Assembly (NCBI GenBank): GCA_018262985.1
Contig: JADFDI010000010.1
Span: forward strand, 9,274 to 73,273
DNA: 64,000 bases
Direction of reading: 5' to 3'
Origin: Spirochaetota bacterium
Lineage (GTDB): Bacteria; Spirochaetota; Spirochaetia; Treponematales; UBA12059
The position numbers were made by a program, and so were the translations under genes. Below the pieces are notes generated by a model that saw only the letters and a program-made list of their open reading frames with translations, was not told where the DNA came from and ran no database searches. Below, in pieces: positions 17,466-26,971 of the stretch; positions within the stretch are counted from its first letter, which is position 1, and each line of letters begins with the position of its first letter.

Positions 17466-18233
17466 ATGGTGCGGATAGACACGGAACTCCTCTCGAAGCG
17501 GCGCGTGGCCGAAGGGTACTTCGAACTCCGCTTACGCTGGCCATCCGGTGCGGGCGCGCCCGCAGCGGGCCAGTTCCTGACGCTCCGAGCGCGCGGGGGG
17601 GGCGATCCTCTACTAAGGAGACCCTTCGCGTTCGCTTCGCACGACGCGGCGGAGGACGAAGCCACGCTCGTCATCCAGGAGAGGGGAAGCGCCACGCGCG
17701 CGCTCGCGACCCTGGAGCCGGGCGCGAAGCTCGACCTGCTCGGCCCCCTCGGACGCGGTTTCGCCTTCCCGGAACGGGGGACGGAGCCCGTGCTGGTAGC
17801 GGGCGGCATCGGCGTCGGCCCCGTGCTCTTCCTCCGCGCGTCCCTGGACGCCGCGGGCGTCGCGAGCCGCTTCATCCTCGGCGCGCGGACGGCCGCCCTG
17901 GTGCCCGAGTCGCTGTTGCCGCGCGGCGCGGGCGTGGAGGTCCGCACCGACGACGGCAGCCTGGGAACGCGAGGTACGGCGGCCGACGCGGTCGCCGCGC
18001 TTCCCCGCGACGCCCGCGTCGCGCTCTTCGCCTGCGGACCGAAACCCATGATGGCGGCCCTGGACCGGATCGCGGCGGAACGCGGATGGCCCTACCAGGC
18101 GGCGGTCGAGGAATGGATGGCCTGCGGGGTCGGCGCGTGCATGGGCTGCGCGGTGCCGCTCAAAGGCGGCGGATACTCGCGCGCCTGCGCCGACGGCCCG
18201 GTCCTCGACGGGAGGCTCGTGAAATGGGACTGA
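17466..18233 (+). CDS. pyrK: dihydroorotate dehydrogenase electron-transfer subunit
   Basis: RRPFAFAS (FAD-binding RxxS/T-type motif). C-terminal CGVGACMGCAV...C 2Fe-2S cluster motif. Overlaps the pyrD start. Confidence 0.85.
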   Translation: MVRIDTELLSKRRVAEGYFELRLRWPSGAGAPAAGQFLTLRARGGGDPLLRRPFAFASHDAAEDEATLVIQERGSATRALATLEPGAKLDLLGPLGRGFAFPERGTEPVLVAGGIGVGPVLFLRASLDAAGVASRFILGARTAALVPESLLPRGAGVEVRTDDGSLGTRGTAADAVAALPRDARVALFACGPKPMMAALDRIAAERGWPYQAAVEEWMACGVGACMGCAVPLKGGGYSRACADGPVLDGRLVKWD

Positions 18234-19189
18234 ACGACGCGACTCGCGCGCCCGTCGGCGCGGCGCCGGAACCCTTCGCCCCGGACCTCTCCGTCCGGAT
18301 CGGGCCGCTCACGCTGGCGAACCCCGTCGGGGTCGCCTCGGGCACCTTCGGCTACGGCGAGGAATACGCGGCGTTGCTGGACCTCGACGCCCTGGGAGCC
18401 GTCTACACCAAGGCCGTCACGGTCGAGCCGCGCGCGGGCAACCCGGCGCCGCGCCTCGCCGAGACTCCCTGCGGGATGCTCAACTCCATCGGGCTCGCCA
18501 ACCCGGGGCTCGTGGCCTTCATCCGCGACAAGCTGCCCGCCCTTCGCGCGCGGCGCTTCAGGACCGTCGTCAACGTGGCCGGCGCCGCGCTCGACGACTA
18601 CGTCCGCGTGGTCGAGGAAATCGAGGCGGCGGGCGGCGTCGACGCCTACGAGCTCAACGTGAGCTGTCCGAACGTCAAGTCCGGGGGCATGGCTTTCGGC
18701 ACCGACCCCGCCCTGGTGGCGCTCGTCACCGAGGCGGTCCGCCGCGCCACGAAGCGGGCCCTCGTCGTCAAGCTCTCGCCGAACGTGACGGACATCCGCG
18801 AGACGGCGCGCGCGGCGGAAGCCTCGGGCGCCGACGCGGTGTCGGCCATCAACACCCTGGTCGGCATGGCCGTCGACGTGAAGACCCGGCGGCCCCGCCT
18901 GGCCATGAAGACCGGCGGACTCTCGGGACCGGCGCTCAGGCCCGTCGGCGTCGCGGCGGTCTACCGGATTTCCCGCGCGGTGAAGATCCCCGTCATCGGC
19001 CTCGGCGGCATCGCCACGGCAGACGACGCGCTCGAATACCTGCTGGCCGGCGCGGACGCGGTGCAGGTGGGCACCGCCACCTTCGCCGACCCGGGCGCCG
19101 CCCTACGCGTCCTCGAAGGCATCGAAGCGTGGATGCGGCAGAATCGCGTCGCCCGCGTCGCGGACATAAAGGGCTTGTTGATCGAATAG
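18224..19189 (+). CDS. pyrD: dihydroorotate dehydrogenase catalytic subunit (class 1B)
   Basis: ATG at 18224. NPVGVASGTFGYGEEY, ELNVSCPNVK, KLSPNV, GGLSGPA, IGLGGI are all typical PyrD motifs. Confidence 0.9.
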   Translation: MGLNDATRAPVGAAPEPFAPDLSVRIGPLTLANPVGVASGTFGYGEEYAALLDLDALGAVYTKAVTVEPRAGNPAPRLAETPCGMLNSIGLANPGLVAFIRDKLPALRARRFRTVVNVAGAALDDYVRVVEEIEAAGGVDAYELNVSCPNVKSGGMAFGTDPALVALVTEAVRRATKRALVVKLSPNVTDIRETARAAEASGADAVSAINTLVGMAVDVKTRRPRLAMKTGGLSGPALRPVGVAAVYRISRAVKIPVIGLGGIATADDALEYLLAGADAVQVGTATFADPGAALRVLEGIEAWMRQNRVARVADIKGLLIE

Positions 19190-19202
19190 AGCGGTTCAAC
19201 GA

Positions 19203-19235
19203 TCTAACCATACGCTAACAATCCGCTGACGATGG
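19203..19235 (+). promoter_or_regulatory. candidate Pho box (three direct repeats at 11-bp phasing)
   Basis: CTAACcatacg / CTAACaatccg / CTGACgatggc start at 19203, 19214 and 19225, about 120 nt upstream of the pstS GTG. Confidence 0.4.
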
Positions 19236-19355
19236 CCTCACGGGACTCCGCCATGTTTACGCCCGCCGGGGGCGTGAACGCGCCCGGACGGACGCGGGGC
19301 GGACGCGGGAAAGCGGCGCCTCCTCCGAACGCCTTTTCCGACCACGGAGGCCATC

Positions 19356-20330
19356 GTGAAGAAAACGCTCGCCATCACGCTCCTTGCCCTCGCCGCCAGC
19401 TCGGCGCTCGCGCAAGGCAAATTCACTTGGGTCGCGAAGGTATCGGACGACCCCGACAAGCTGCTCCCCGGCGTAGATCCCGCCAGGACGACCGGCGCCA
19501 TCGTCACGGCCGGCTCCTCGACGGTCTACCCGGTCAGCGAGTACATCGCCGAGATCTTCAAGGAGGACGGCTTCACCGGGCAGGTGAGCATCGACTCCAT
19601 CGGCTCGGGCGCCGGCTTCGAGCGCTTCGCCAAGGCCGGCGAGACCGACATCGCCAACGCCTCGGCGCCGATGCCCGCGAGCAGCTACGAGGCCGCCAAG
19701 GCGATCGGCCGCTACCCGATCGAGTTCCGCATCGGCACCGACGCGCTCGCCGTGGTCGTGTCGAAGAAGAACACTTTCGCGAAGGACGTCACCCAGGCCG
19801 AGCTCGCCCTGCTCTTCTCCACCGCGGTCAACTGGTCCGACGTCCGCCCGAGCTGGCCGAAGATGCCCGTCAAGCGCTACAGCCCCGGCACCGACTCGGG
19901 CACCTTCAGCTACTTCGTCGAGCATCTCTTCAAGAAGAAGAAGGAGCCCCTGCTCGGCGCGGCGAACCTGCAGCTCTCCGAGGACGACAACGTCCTGGTG
20001 CGCGGCGTCGAGGCCGACCAGTACGCGATCGGCTACTTCGGCTTCGCCTACTACCTCGAGAACAAGTCGAAGCTGAACGTCCTGAAGATAGACGGAGTCG
20101 AGGCCAACGCCGCGAACGTGGACGCCGGCACCTACCCGCTGGCCCGCCCGCTCTTCCTCTACTCCGACGCCAAGATCATCAACGAGAAGCCCCAGGTGGC
20201 GGCCTTCCTGACCTACTACCTCTCCAACGTCGACGAGGCGCTCGAGGCGGTCGGCTACTTCCCCGCCCCCGAGGCCGACATCAAGGCCGCCAAGCGGAAA
20301 CTGCTCGACGCCATGAAGGGCCGCTACTAA
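19356..20330 (+). CDS. pstS: phosphate ABC transporter substrate-binding protein
   Basis: Signal peptide. TAGSSTVYPV, GSGAGFERF and PGTDSGTFSYF are PstS motifs. RBS GGAGG precedes the GTG. Confidence 0.9.
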   Translation: MKKTLAITLLALAASSALAQGKFTWVAKVSDDPDKLLPGVDPARTTGAIVTAGSSTVYPVSEYIAEIFKEDGFTGQVSIDSIGSGAGFERFAKAGETDIANASAPMPASSYEAAKAIGRYPIEFRIGTDALAVVVSKKNTFAKDVTQAELALLFSTAVNWSDVRPSWPKMPVKRYSPGTDSGTFSYFVEHLFKKKKEPLLGAANLQLSEDDNVLVRGVEADQYAIGYFGFAYYLENKSKLNVLKIDGVEANAANVDAGTYPLARPLFLYSDAKIINEKPQVAAFLTYYLSNVDEALEAVGYFPAPEADIKAAKRKLLDAMKGRY

Positions 20331-20348
20331 CAAGAAGCCCGATACGCG

Positions 20349-20373
20349 TCCGTCCCGCGGACCGCGGGACGGA
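20349..20373 (+). other. intercistronic palindrome between pstS and pstC
   Basis: TCCGTCCCGCGG a CCGCGGGACGGA, with 12-nt perfect arms, 19 nt after the pstS stop. No T-run, so more likely an mRNA stabiliser or attenuator than a terminator. Confidence 0.4.
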
Positions 20374-20442
20374 TCGATCCCGAAGCACCGGGCCGGGCTA
20401 CGAACGCGGAGGGCCCGGCCTTCAGCCAGAAACGGAGCGTAC

Positions 20443-21372
20443 ATGACAGGCAATTTTCCGGAGGAAACGAACGGCCGCCCGAGCCTAGCCAGGCGCGCGC
20501 GCCCCTTCGAGGCGGCCATCCGCGGCCTCCTCTTCGTCTCCGCCGCCATCTCGGTGCTGACGACCATCGGCATCGTGCTCACCCTCGGAACGGAGTCCTG
20601 GGGCTTCTTCCGCGAGGTGGGCGTCCTCGAGTTCCTCGGCTCGCTCGAGTGGCAGCCGGTCATCGGCGACTTCGGCATCTGGCCCCTGTTCAACGCCACG
20701 CTGACGACGAGCTTCTACGCCATGCTGGTGGCCCTGCCCGTCGGCCTCATGGTGGCCATCTACCTGGCCGAGTACGCGAGCGACCGGGTGCGCGAGACCC
20801 TCAAGCCCGTGCTCGAGGTGCTCGCGGGCATCCCGACCGTGGTCTACGGCTACTTCGCGCTCGCGACCGTGACGCCCTTCCTCCGCTCCCTGCTGGGGAC
20901 AGAGCTCGTGGGCGTCTACAACACCTTCTCGGCGGGGCTCGTCATGGGCATCCTGATCCTGCCCTTGGTGAGCTCGATGTGCGAGGACGCGCTTTCCGCC
21001 GTGCCGCGTTCGCTCCGCGAGGGCGCCTACGCCATGGGCGCCACGAAACTCGAAGTGGCCACGCAGGTGGTGGTGCCGGCGGCCTTCTCGGGGCTCGCGG
21101 CGGCCTTCATCCTCGGCCTTTCGCGCGCGGTGGGCGAGACGATGATCGTGGCGCTGGCCGCTGGCGCGGGACCGAAGTTCACCCTCAACCCCTTCGAGCC
21201 CGCCGAGACCATGACCGGCCACATCGTCCGCATCTCGGGCGGCGACATCTCCTACGACTCCATCGACTACCGGAGCCTCTTCGCCATCGCCCTGGTGCTC
21301 TTCCTGGTCACGCTGGCCCTCAACATCCTTTCGCGCCGCATCGTGGCGAAGCACTGGGAGGTCTACGAATGA
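20443..21372 (+). CDS. pstC: phosphate ABC transporter permease
   Basis: 6-TM permease with an EAA-type loop (REGAYAMGATKLEV). Position after pstS. Confidence 0.9.
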   Translation: MTGNFPEETNGRPSLARRARPFEAAIRGLLFVSAAISVLTTIGIVLTLGTESWGFFREVGVLEFLGSLEWQPVIGDFGIWPLFNATLTTSFYAMLVALPVGLMVAIYLAEYASDRVRETLKPVLEVLAGIPTVVYGYFALATVTPFLRSLLGTELVGVYNTFSAGLVMGILILPLVSSMCEDALSAVPRSLREGAYAMGATKLEVATQVVVPAAFSGLAAAFILGLSRAVGETMIVALAAGAGPKFTLNPFEPAETMTGHIVRISGGDISYDSIDYRSLFAIALVLFLVTLALNILSRRIVAKHWEVYE

Positions 21373-22643
21373 ACGCCGGGAAATTCCGCGCCGCCACCGG
21401 CGCGCGCGGCGACGGGAGCTTCCTGCCGAACCTCGGGAAGCGCCAGGCTGCCGGCAGGCGCTGGGCGGCGGCTTTCGCCGCGGCCACCATCGCCGCGGTC
21501 CTCGTGCTCGGCGCCCTCGTCGCGAGCATCGTCAACGACGCCTTCGGCCTCGTGGCCATGGAGTACACGGTCGACCCCGCGACCCTCGCGCCGGGCGGCG
21601 ACATCGAGAAGCTCTCCGACGCGGAGCTCGTCGCGGCGCTGGAGGGCAACCTGAAAAGCCGCCGGCTCCGCGCCCTCGGCAACGAGAAGCCGCTCGCCGA
21701 ACGCGAGCGCGCGGACCTGCTGGCCCTGGTCGAGGACGAGGTGATCAAATGGGAAGTGGTCGAGACTTTCTCGCTCGCGGAATCGCTCCTCGGCCGCGCC
21801 GAGGTGGACGCCTTCGTGGCCGCGGAGCACCCGCAGGCGAAGCTGGTCTTCCGCTCCTGGGTCAACGCGCGCTATCTCTCCGCCTCGCAGTCGGCCACGG
21901 CCATCGACGCGGGCGTTCGCAGCGCCCTCATCGGCACCCTGATGACCATCCTCATCACCGTGGCCACCGCCTTCCCGATCGGCATCGCGGCCGCGATCTG
22001 GCTCGAGGAGTACGCGAAGGACGACAAGTGGAACCGCTTCATCCGGGTGAACATCTACAACCTGGCCGGCGTCCCGTCCATCATCTACGGCATGCTGGGC
22101 CTGGCCATCTTCGTGCGCGCGCTCGAGCCCGTGACGAGCGGGGCGGCCTTCGGCGCCGCCGCGGACCCGACCGGCGCCAACGGCCGGACCATCCTCTCGG
22201 CCGGGCTGACCCTGGCCCTGCTCGTGCTGCCGGTGATCATCATCAACGCGCAGGAAGCGTTCCGGGCCGTGCCGCGCACGCTGCGCGAATCGGGCTACGC
22301 GGTGGGCGCCACCAAGTGGCAGGTGGTGTGGCACCACGTCCTGCCCGCGGCCTTCGACCGCGTGCTCACGGGCACCATCGTCGCGGTGAGCCGCGCCATC
22401 GGCGAGACGGCGCCGCTCGTGGTCGTCGGCGCGTCGACCTTCCTCACCCAGGACCCGACTTCGGTCTTCTCGAAATTCACCACCCTGCCCATCCAGATCT
22501 ACCAGTGGACGGCCCGACCCCAGGAGGACTTCCACAACATCGCGGCGGCCGCGATCCTGGTGCTGCTCGTCCTGATGCTCTCGCTCAACGCCTTCGCCAT
22601 CATCCTGCGGAACCGCCTCCGCGCCAAGAAGAGGTTCGCCTGA
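21369..22643 (+). CDS. pstA: phosphate ABC transporter permease
   Basis: ATG at 21369 overlaps the pstC stop. Long periplasmic loop, then a permease core with [15 protein letters not shown]. Confidence 0.9.
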   Translation: MNAGKFRAATGARGDGSFLPNLGKRQAAGRRWAAAFAAATIAAVLVLGALVASIVNDAFGLVAMEYTVDPATLAPGGDIEKLSDAELVAALEGNLKSRRLRALGNEKPLAERERADLLALVEDEVIKWEVVETFSLAESLLGRAEVDAFVAAEHPQAKLVFRSWVNARYLSASQSATAIDAGVRSALIGTLMTILITVATAFPIGIAAAIWLEEYAKDDKWNRFIRVNIYNLAGVPSIIYGMLGLAIFVRALEPVTSGAAFGAAADPTGANGRTILSAGLTLALLVLPVIIINAQEAFRAVPRTLRESGYAVGATKWQVVWHHVLPAAFDRVLTGTIVAVSRAIGETAPLVVVGASTFLTQDPTSVFSKFTTLPIQIYQWTARPQEDFHNIAAAAILVLLVLMLSLNAFAIILRNRLRAKKRFA

Positions 22644-22644
22644 C

Positions 22645-23448
22645 ATGAAGAGAGACAGCGCCACCGATCCCTTCGACCTCGCCGTCGAGACGGGCGAGAC
22701 GCCCTGGGCGCTCGAGACCAGGGGAATGAGCGTCGACTACGGCGCCTTCCGCGCCGTGAAGGACCTCACCATGGGCTTCGAGAAGCGGCGGGTCACGGCC
22801 ATCATCGGCCCTTCCGGCTGCGGCAAGAGCACCGCGCTCCGCGCCTTCAACCGCATGAACGACCTGATACCCGGCTGCCGGACGGAGGGGCAGGTGCTCT
22901 TCCACGGCGCCGACGTCTACGCGCCGGAAGTGGACCCGGTCAAGGTGCGGCGCTGGATCGGCATGGTCTTCCAGAAGCCGAACCCCTTCCCCAAGAGCGT
23001 CCGCGAGAACATCCTCTGGGGAGCCCGCATCAACGGGTACTCCGGCGACGAGGAGGAGCTCGTGGAGGGCTCGCTCCGCCAGGCCGCGCTCTGGGACGAG
23101 GTGAAGGACAAGCTCGACAAGTCCGCCCTCGCGCTTTCAGGCGGCCAGCAGCAGCGGCTGTGCATCGCGCGCGCCGTGGCGGTCAAGCCCGAGATCCTGC
23201 TCATGGACGAGCCGACGAGCGCCCTCGACCCGATCTCGACCTCGCGCATCGAGGACCTGCTCGAGGAGCTCAAGTCCCGCTACACCATCATCATCGTGAC
23301 GCACAACATGCAGCAGGCGGGCCGGGTCTCCGACCGCACGGCCTTCATGCTGCTCGGCGACCTCGTGGAGTACGCACCCACCAAGGAGCTCTTCCTGAAT
23401 CCGAAGGACGGGCGCACCGAGAACTACATATCCGGCCGCTTCGGCTGA
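22645..23448 (+). CDS. pstB: phosphate ABC transporter ATP-binding protein
   Basis: Walker [10 protein letters not shown], signature LSGGQQQRL, Walker [14 protein letters not shown]-loop VTHNMQQA. Confidence 0.95.
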   Translation: MKRDSATDPFDLAVETGETPWALETRGMSVDYGAFRAVKDLTMGFEKRRVTAIIGPSGCGKSTALRAFNRMNDLIPGCRTEGQVLFHGADVYAPEVDPVKVRRWIGMVFQKPNPFPKSVRENILWGARINGYSGDEEELVEGSLRQAALWDEVKDKLDKSALALSGGQQQRLCIARAVAVKPEILLMDEPTSALDPISTSRIEDLLEELKSRYTIIIVTHNMQQAGRVSDRTAFMLLGDLVEYAPTKELFLNPKDGRTENYISGRFG

Positions 23449-23469
23449 GACCCCGGGGAGGGACAGAGC

Positions 23470-24129
23470 ATGCATTCGCGCATCCAGTTCATGGAGGAGC
23501 TTTCGCGCCTCCACCACGACATCCTGTCCATGGGGACCCGCGTCGGGGAAAACCTCGCCAAGGCGCTCGAGGCGCTCCGCTCCGGCGACGCCGAGCTCGC
23601 GGACGAAGCCCGGGCGGGCGACGGCGCCGTCGACGCCATGCAGGTGACCATCGAGGACCGCGCCGCCGTCCTCATCGCCACCCAGCAGCCGGTGGCCGGC
23701 GACCTCCGCGAGCTCGTGACGGTCTTCAAGCTGACCGAGCACCTGGAACGGATCGGCGACTACGCCTCGCACCTGGCGAAGGCGGCCAAACGGCTCGCGA
23801 AGGAGCCCTACCCGCGCTCGATCGAGCCGCTCGAGAGCATGGCCGAGCTCGAGATCTCGATGGTCCGCGACGCGGTCGCGGCCTTCCTGAACCGCGACGC
23901 GGAGCTCGCGCGCGCCTGCGCCGCGCGGGACGACGAGGTCGACGCGAGCCACAAGGCCTTCCTCGAGGAGGCGCTCGACTTCGTCCGCGAGAACCCGGAC
24001 AAAGCGCAGCAGGGCATGCGCCTCATCCGCGCCTCCGCCTGGCTCGAGCGCCTCGGCGACCACGTCACCAACATCTGCGAGGCGGTGGTGTTCATGGTCG
24101 AGGGGCGCCACGTGGAGCTGAACGAGTAG
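23470..24129 (+). CDS. phoU: phosphate signalling complex protein PhoU
   Basis: Two PhoU repeats (ERIGDYASHLAK and ERLGDHVTNICE). Located directly after pstB. Confidence 0.9.
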   Translation: MHSRIQFMEELSRLHHDILSMGTRVGENLAKALEALRSGDAELADEARAGDGAVDAMQVTIEDRAAVLIATQQPVAGDLRELVTVFKLTEHLERIGDYASHLAKAAKRLAKEPYPRSIEPLESMAELEISMVRDAVAAFLNRDAELARACAARDDEVDASHKAFLEEALDFVRENPDKAQQGMRLIRASAWLERLGDHVTNICEAVVFMVEGRHVELNE

Positions 24130-24155
24130 GAAAGCGGCGGCGGGAACCGGCGGCG

Positions 24156-24230
24156 GGGACAGAGCTCGCCGCGCGAGGGACAGAGCTCGTTGCGCGAGGG
24201 ACAGAGCTCGTTGCGTGAGGGACAGAGCTT
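24156..24230 (+). repeat. four GGGACAGAGCT(C/T) copies at exact 21-bp phasing
   Basis: Copies start at 24156, 24177, 24198 and 24219(v). Unit is gcgcGAGGGACAGAGCTCgtt. Lies between the phoU stop (24129) and the regulator start (24280). Confidence 0.95.
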
Positions 24231-24279
24231 GCCGCGGAAGTCCTCCCGTCGCATAGTGGTACAAGCGGAGGAACGCGCC

Positions 24280-24972
24280 ATGGGCAAGGCGACGATACTC
24301 GCCATCGAGGACGACCCGGACATCCGCGAGCTGCTCGCGTACGCCTTCGGCAAGGAAGGCTGGACCCTCGTCGAGGCGGAGAGCGCGGAAGAAGGACTCG
24401 TGGCCGCCCGGCGCTCCATGCCCGACCTGATCGTGCTCGACGTGATGCTGCCGGGCATGGACGGCCTCGAGGCCTTGCGCCGCTTGAAGGCGGACCCCGT
24501 CCTGGCGCGCGTGCCGGTGATCCTGGCCACCGCGCGCGGCGAGGAATCCGACGTCGTCTCGGGCCTCGAGCTGGGCGCGGACGACTACGTGCCGAAGCCC
24601 TTCAGCCCCAAGGTGCTGGTGGCGCGCATCAGGACGGCGCTCCGCCGCGCCGAGCCCCGAGACCCGGCGCGGGGCTCCGCGCTCCGCGTCCACGGCCTTT
24701 CCATCGACGCGGAGCGCCACGAGGCGCTCGCGGACGGCATCCCGCTCGAGCTTTCCGCGACGGAGTTCTCCTTGCTCGAGCTCCTCTGCCGCAGCCCGGG
24801 CCGCGTCTACTCGCGGCAACGCATCATCGACGCGATAAAAGGGCCCGATTATCCGGTGACGGACCGCTCGGTGGACGTGCAGGTCCTGTCGCTCAGGCGC
24901 AAGCTCGGGGAGAGGGGCGTCCTGGTGGAGACGGTGCGCGGCGTCGGCTACCGAATGAGGGCGGAGGCGTGA
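24280..24972 (+). CDS. phoB: OmpR/PhoB-family response regulator
   Basis: Receiver domain (ILAIEDDPD, LIVLDVMLPGMDG, KPF) plus winged-helix domain (LSATEFSLLELL, VRGVGYR). The PhoB assignment rests on context next to pst-phoU. Confidence 0.75.
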   Translation: MGKATILAIEDDPDIRELLAYAFGKEGWTLVEAESAEEGLVAARRSMPDLIVLDVMLPGMDGLEALRRLKADPVLARVPVILATARGEESDVVSGLELGADDYVPKPFSPKVLVARIRTALRRAEPRDPARGSALRVHGLSIDAERHEALADGIPLELSATEFSLLELLCRSPGRVYSRQRIIDAIKGPDYPVTDRSVDVQVLSLRRKLGERGVLVETVRGVGYRMRAEA

Positions 24973-26813
24973 GGCGGCGCTCGCTCGCGGGCCGGGTGGG
25001 CGCGGCCTTGGCCCTGGCCGCGCTCGCGGGCGTGGCGGCCTTCGGCGCCCTCTCGTTCGCGGTGGCGCGCTCGGTGTACGCGGACGCGAACCGCTTCGCG
25101 CTGGCCGAATCGGCACGCGCGCTCGCCAACCTGGCGGCGGAGGTTTTCGCCGAGCCGGGCCAAGCCGGGACCTGGGCGGCCCGCGCGGCGTCGGGTTCCG
25201 GCTTCCGCTTGACCCTGGTCGCGGCCGGCGGGGCCGTCATCGCGGAGACGCGGGCGGACGCCGCCGCGATGGAGAACCACGCGGACCGCCCGGAAGTGGC
25301 GCAGGCCCTGGCGGGCGCGCCCGGCTGGGCGACGCGGCGCTCCGCCACGACCGGAGTCGAAACGCTCTACGCGGCCGCGCCCGTCCTGCGGGGCGGAGAG
25401 CCGGTCGGGGCGCTACGGCTATCGTTCGCGGCGCCCGAGCTCGCGGCGCGGCTCGCGCCCTTCGCGCTGGCCTTCCTGGCGGCCGCGGCGGTCTCCGGGG
25501 CCGCCTGGGCGTTCGCCGCGCGCGCCGTGGGCAAGGCCCTCGTCGCGCCGGTGGCCGAACTGGCGGCCGCGGCCGGCGACTGGGCCGCGGGGCGGCTCAC
25601 GCGGCGCGCCGGCCGCGCCGGGATTCCCGAGCTCGACGCCCTCGCGGGAGTCCTCGACGACATGGCCGCCGAGCTCGACGCGCGCATGCGAGAGTCGGAG
25701 TCCCGCGGGCGCGAGCTCCTGTCCATACTGGACGGCATGGGCGAGGCGGTGGTCGCCGTCGACGCCGCGCTCCGGGTCCGCAGGCTCAACCCCGCCGCCC
25801 GGAAGCTCCTCCTTCCCGGGTTCGGATCGGACAGCGCCGGACGGAGCCTGCTCGAGGCGCTCGGCAGCACCGCGCTCGCCGAGCTGGCCGCGGCCTGCGT
25901 CAAGAGCGCGGAACCGCTCGAGGAGGAGTTCCAGCTTTATCGGGACGAGCGGCGCCATTTCCTCGTGTACGCGGCCCCGCTCGGAGCCCCGGGCGCTCCG
26001 GTGGAGGGCGCGGTGCTCGTCCTCAACGACATCACGCGGCTCCGCGCGCTCGAGCAGGTGCGGACCGATTTCGTCGCCAACGTCAGCCACGAGCTCCGCA
26101 CCCCGATCCAGCTGGTCAAGGGCTTCACCGAAGCCCTCCGCGACGGCGCGGTCGACGATCCGGCCGAAGCGCGCCGCTTCCTCGGCATCGTCTCGCGGCA
26201 CGCGGAGCGGCTCGAGGCCATCATCGACGACCTGCTCTCGCTCGCCCGGCTGGAGCAGGCGGGCGGCGGGAACCTCGGCTACGCGCGGGCGAAGGTCCAC
26301 CTTCCGCTCGCCGAGGCGCTCGCCGCGCTGGAGGCGCGGTCCGTCGGCGCGACCGCGCGCGTCTCGCTCGAATGTCCCGCGGAGCTCGAGGCCGACTGCA
26401 ACCCGGGCCTGCTCGAGCAGGCCGTCCTCAACCTGGTCGACAACGCGCTCAAGTACGCCCCGGATACATCGCCCGTGGACCTGGTCGCGCGCGCCGAAGG
26501 CGGGAAGCTCGTCATCGAGGTGTCCGACCGGGGACCGGGTATCGCGCCGAAGGACGCCGAGCGCATCTTCGAGCGCTTCTACCGCCTCGACAAGGCCCGG
26601 AGCCGCGATTCGGGCGGCACCGGCCTCGGGCTCGCCATAGTCAGGCACATAGCGCTGGCGCACGGCGGCACCGTCTCCGTCAACCCGCGGCAGGGCGGCG
26701 GCTCCGTTTTCCGCCTCGAAATCCCCCTTCGCCTGGAGGAAGGGAAAAACCGCGGAGACGCATGGGCACAAAGGGAGGAAGGGGTCCAGGAAAGCCAAGA
26801 AACCGGAGAATAA
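24969..26813 (+). CDS. phoR: PhoR-like sensor histidine kinase
   Basis: Start overlaps the regulator stop. Two TM helices, HAMP/PAS-like region, H-box SHELRTP, N box NLVDNALKY, G boxes DRGPGI and GGTGLGLAIV. Confidence 0.8.
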   Translation: MRRRSLAGRVGAALALAALAGVAAFGALSFAVARSVYADANRFALAESARALANLAAEVFAEPGQAGTWAARAASGSGFRLTLVAAGGAVIAETRADAAAMENHADRPEVAQALAGAPGWATRRSATTGVETLYAAAPVLRGGEPVGALRLSFAAPELAARLAPFALAFLAAAAVSGAAWAFAARAVGKALVAPVAELAAAAGDWAAGRLTRRAGRAGIPELDALAGVLDDMAAELDARMRESESRGRELLSILDGMGEAVVAVDAALRVRRLNPAARKLLLPGFGSDSAGRSLLEALGSTALAELAAACVKSAEPLEEEFQLYRDERRHFLVYAAPLGAPGAPVEGAVLVLNDITRLRALEQVRTDFVANVSHELRTPIQLVKGFTEALRDGAVDDPAEARRFLGIVSRHAERLEAIIDDLLSLARLEQAGGGNLGYARAKVHLPLAEALAALEARSVGATARVSLECPAELEADCNPGLLEQAVLNLVDNALKYAPDTSPVDLVARAEGGKLVIEVSDRGPGIAPKDAERIFERFYRLDKARSRDSGGTGLGLAIVRHIALAHGGTVSVNPRQGGGSVFRLEIPLRLEEGKNRGDAWAQREEGVQESQETGE

Positions 26814-26971
26814 AATCTTTTTAGAACGTTTTCCCCTGTCACCCCTTCGCACTCTGCTCTCCCGCCTCCGCGTCTCCGCCGCTTCGCGCTTTCGGAATGG
26901 AAGGGATCGCGGCGCCCGCTCGTCGCGCGCTTCCGCGTCCGCGTCTCCGTGGTTCCTTTCCTTATCGGGGT

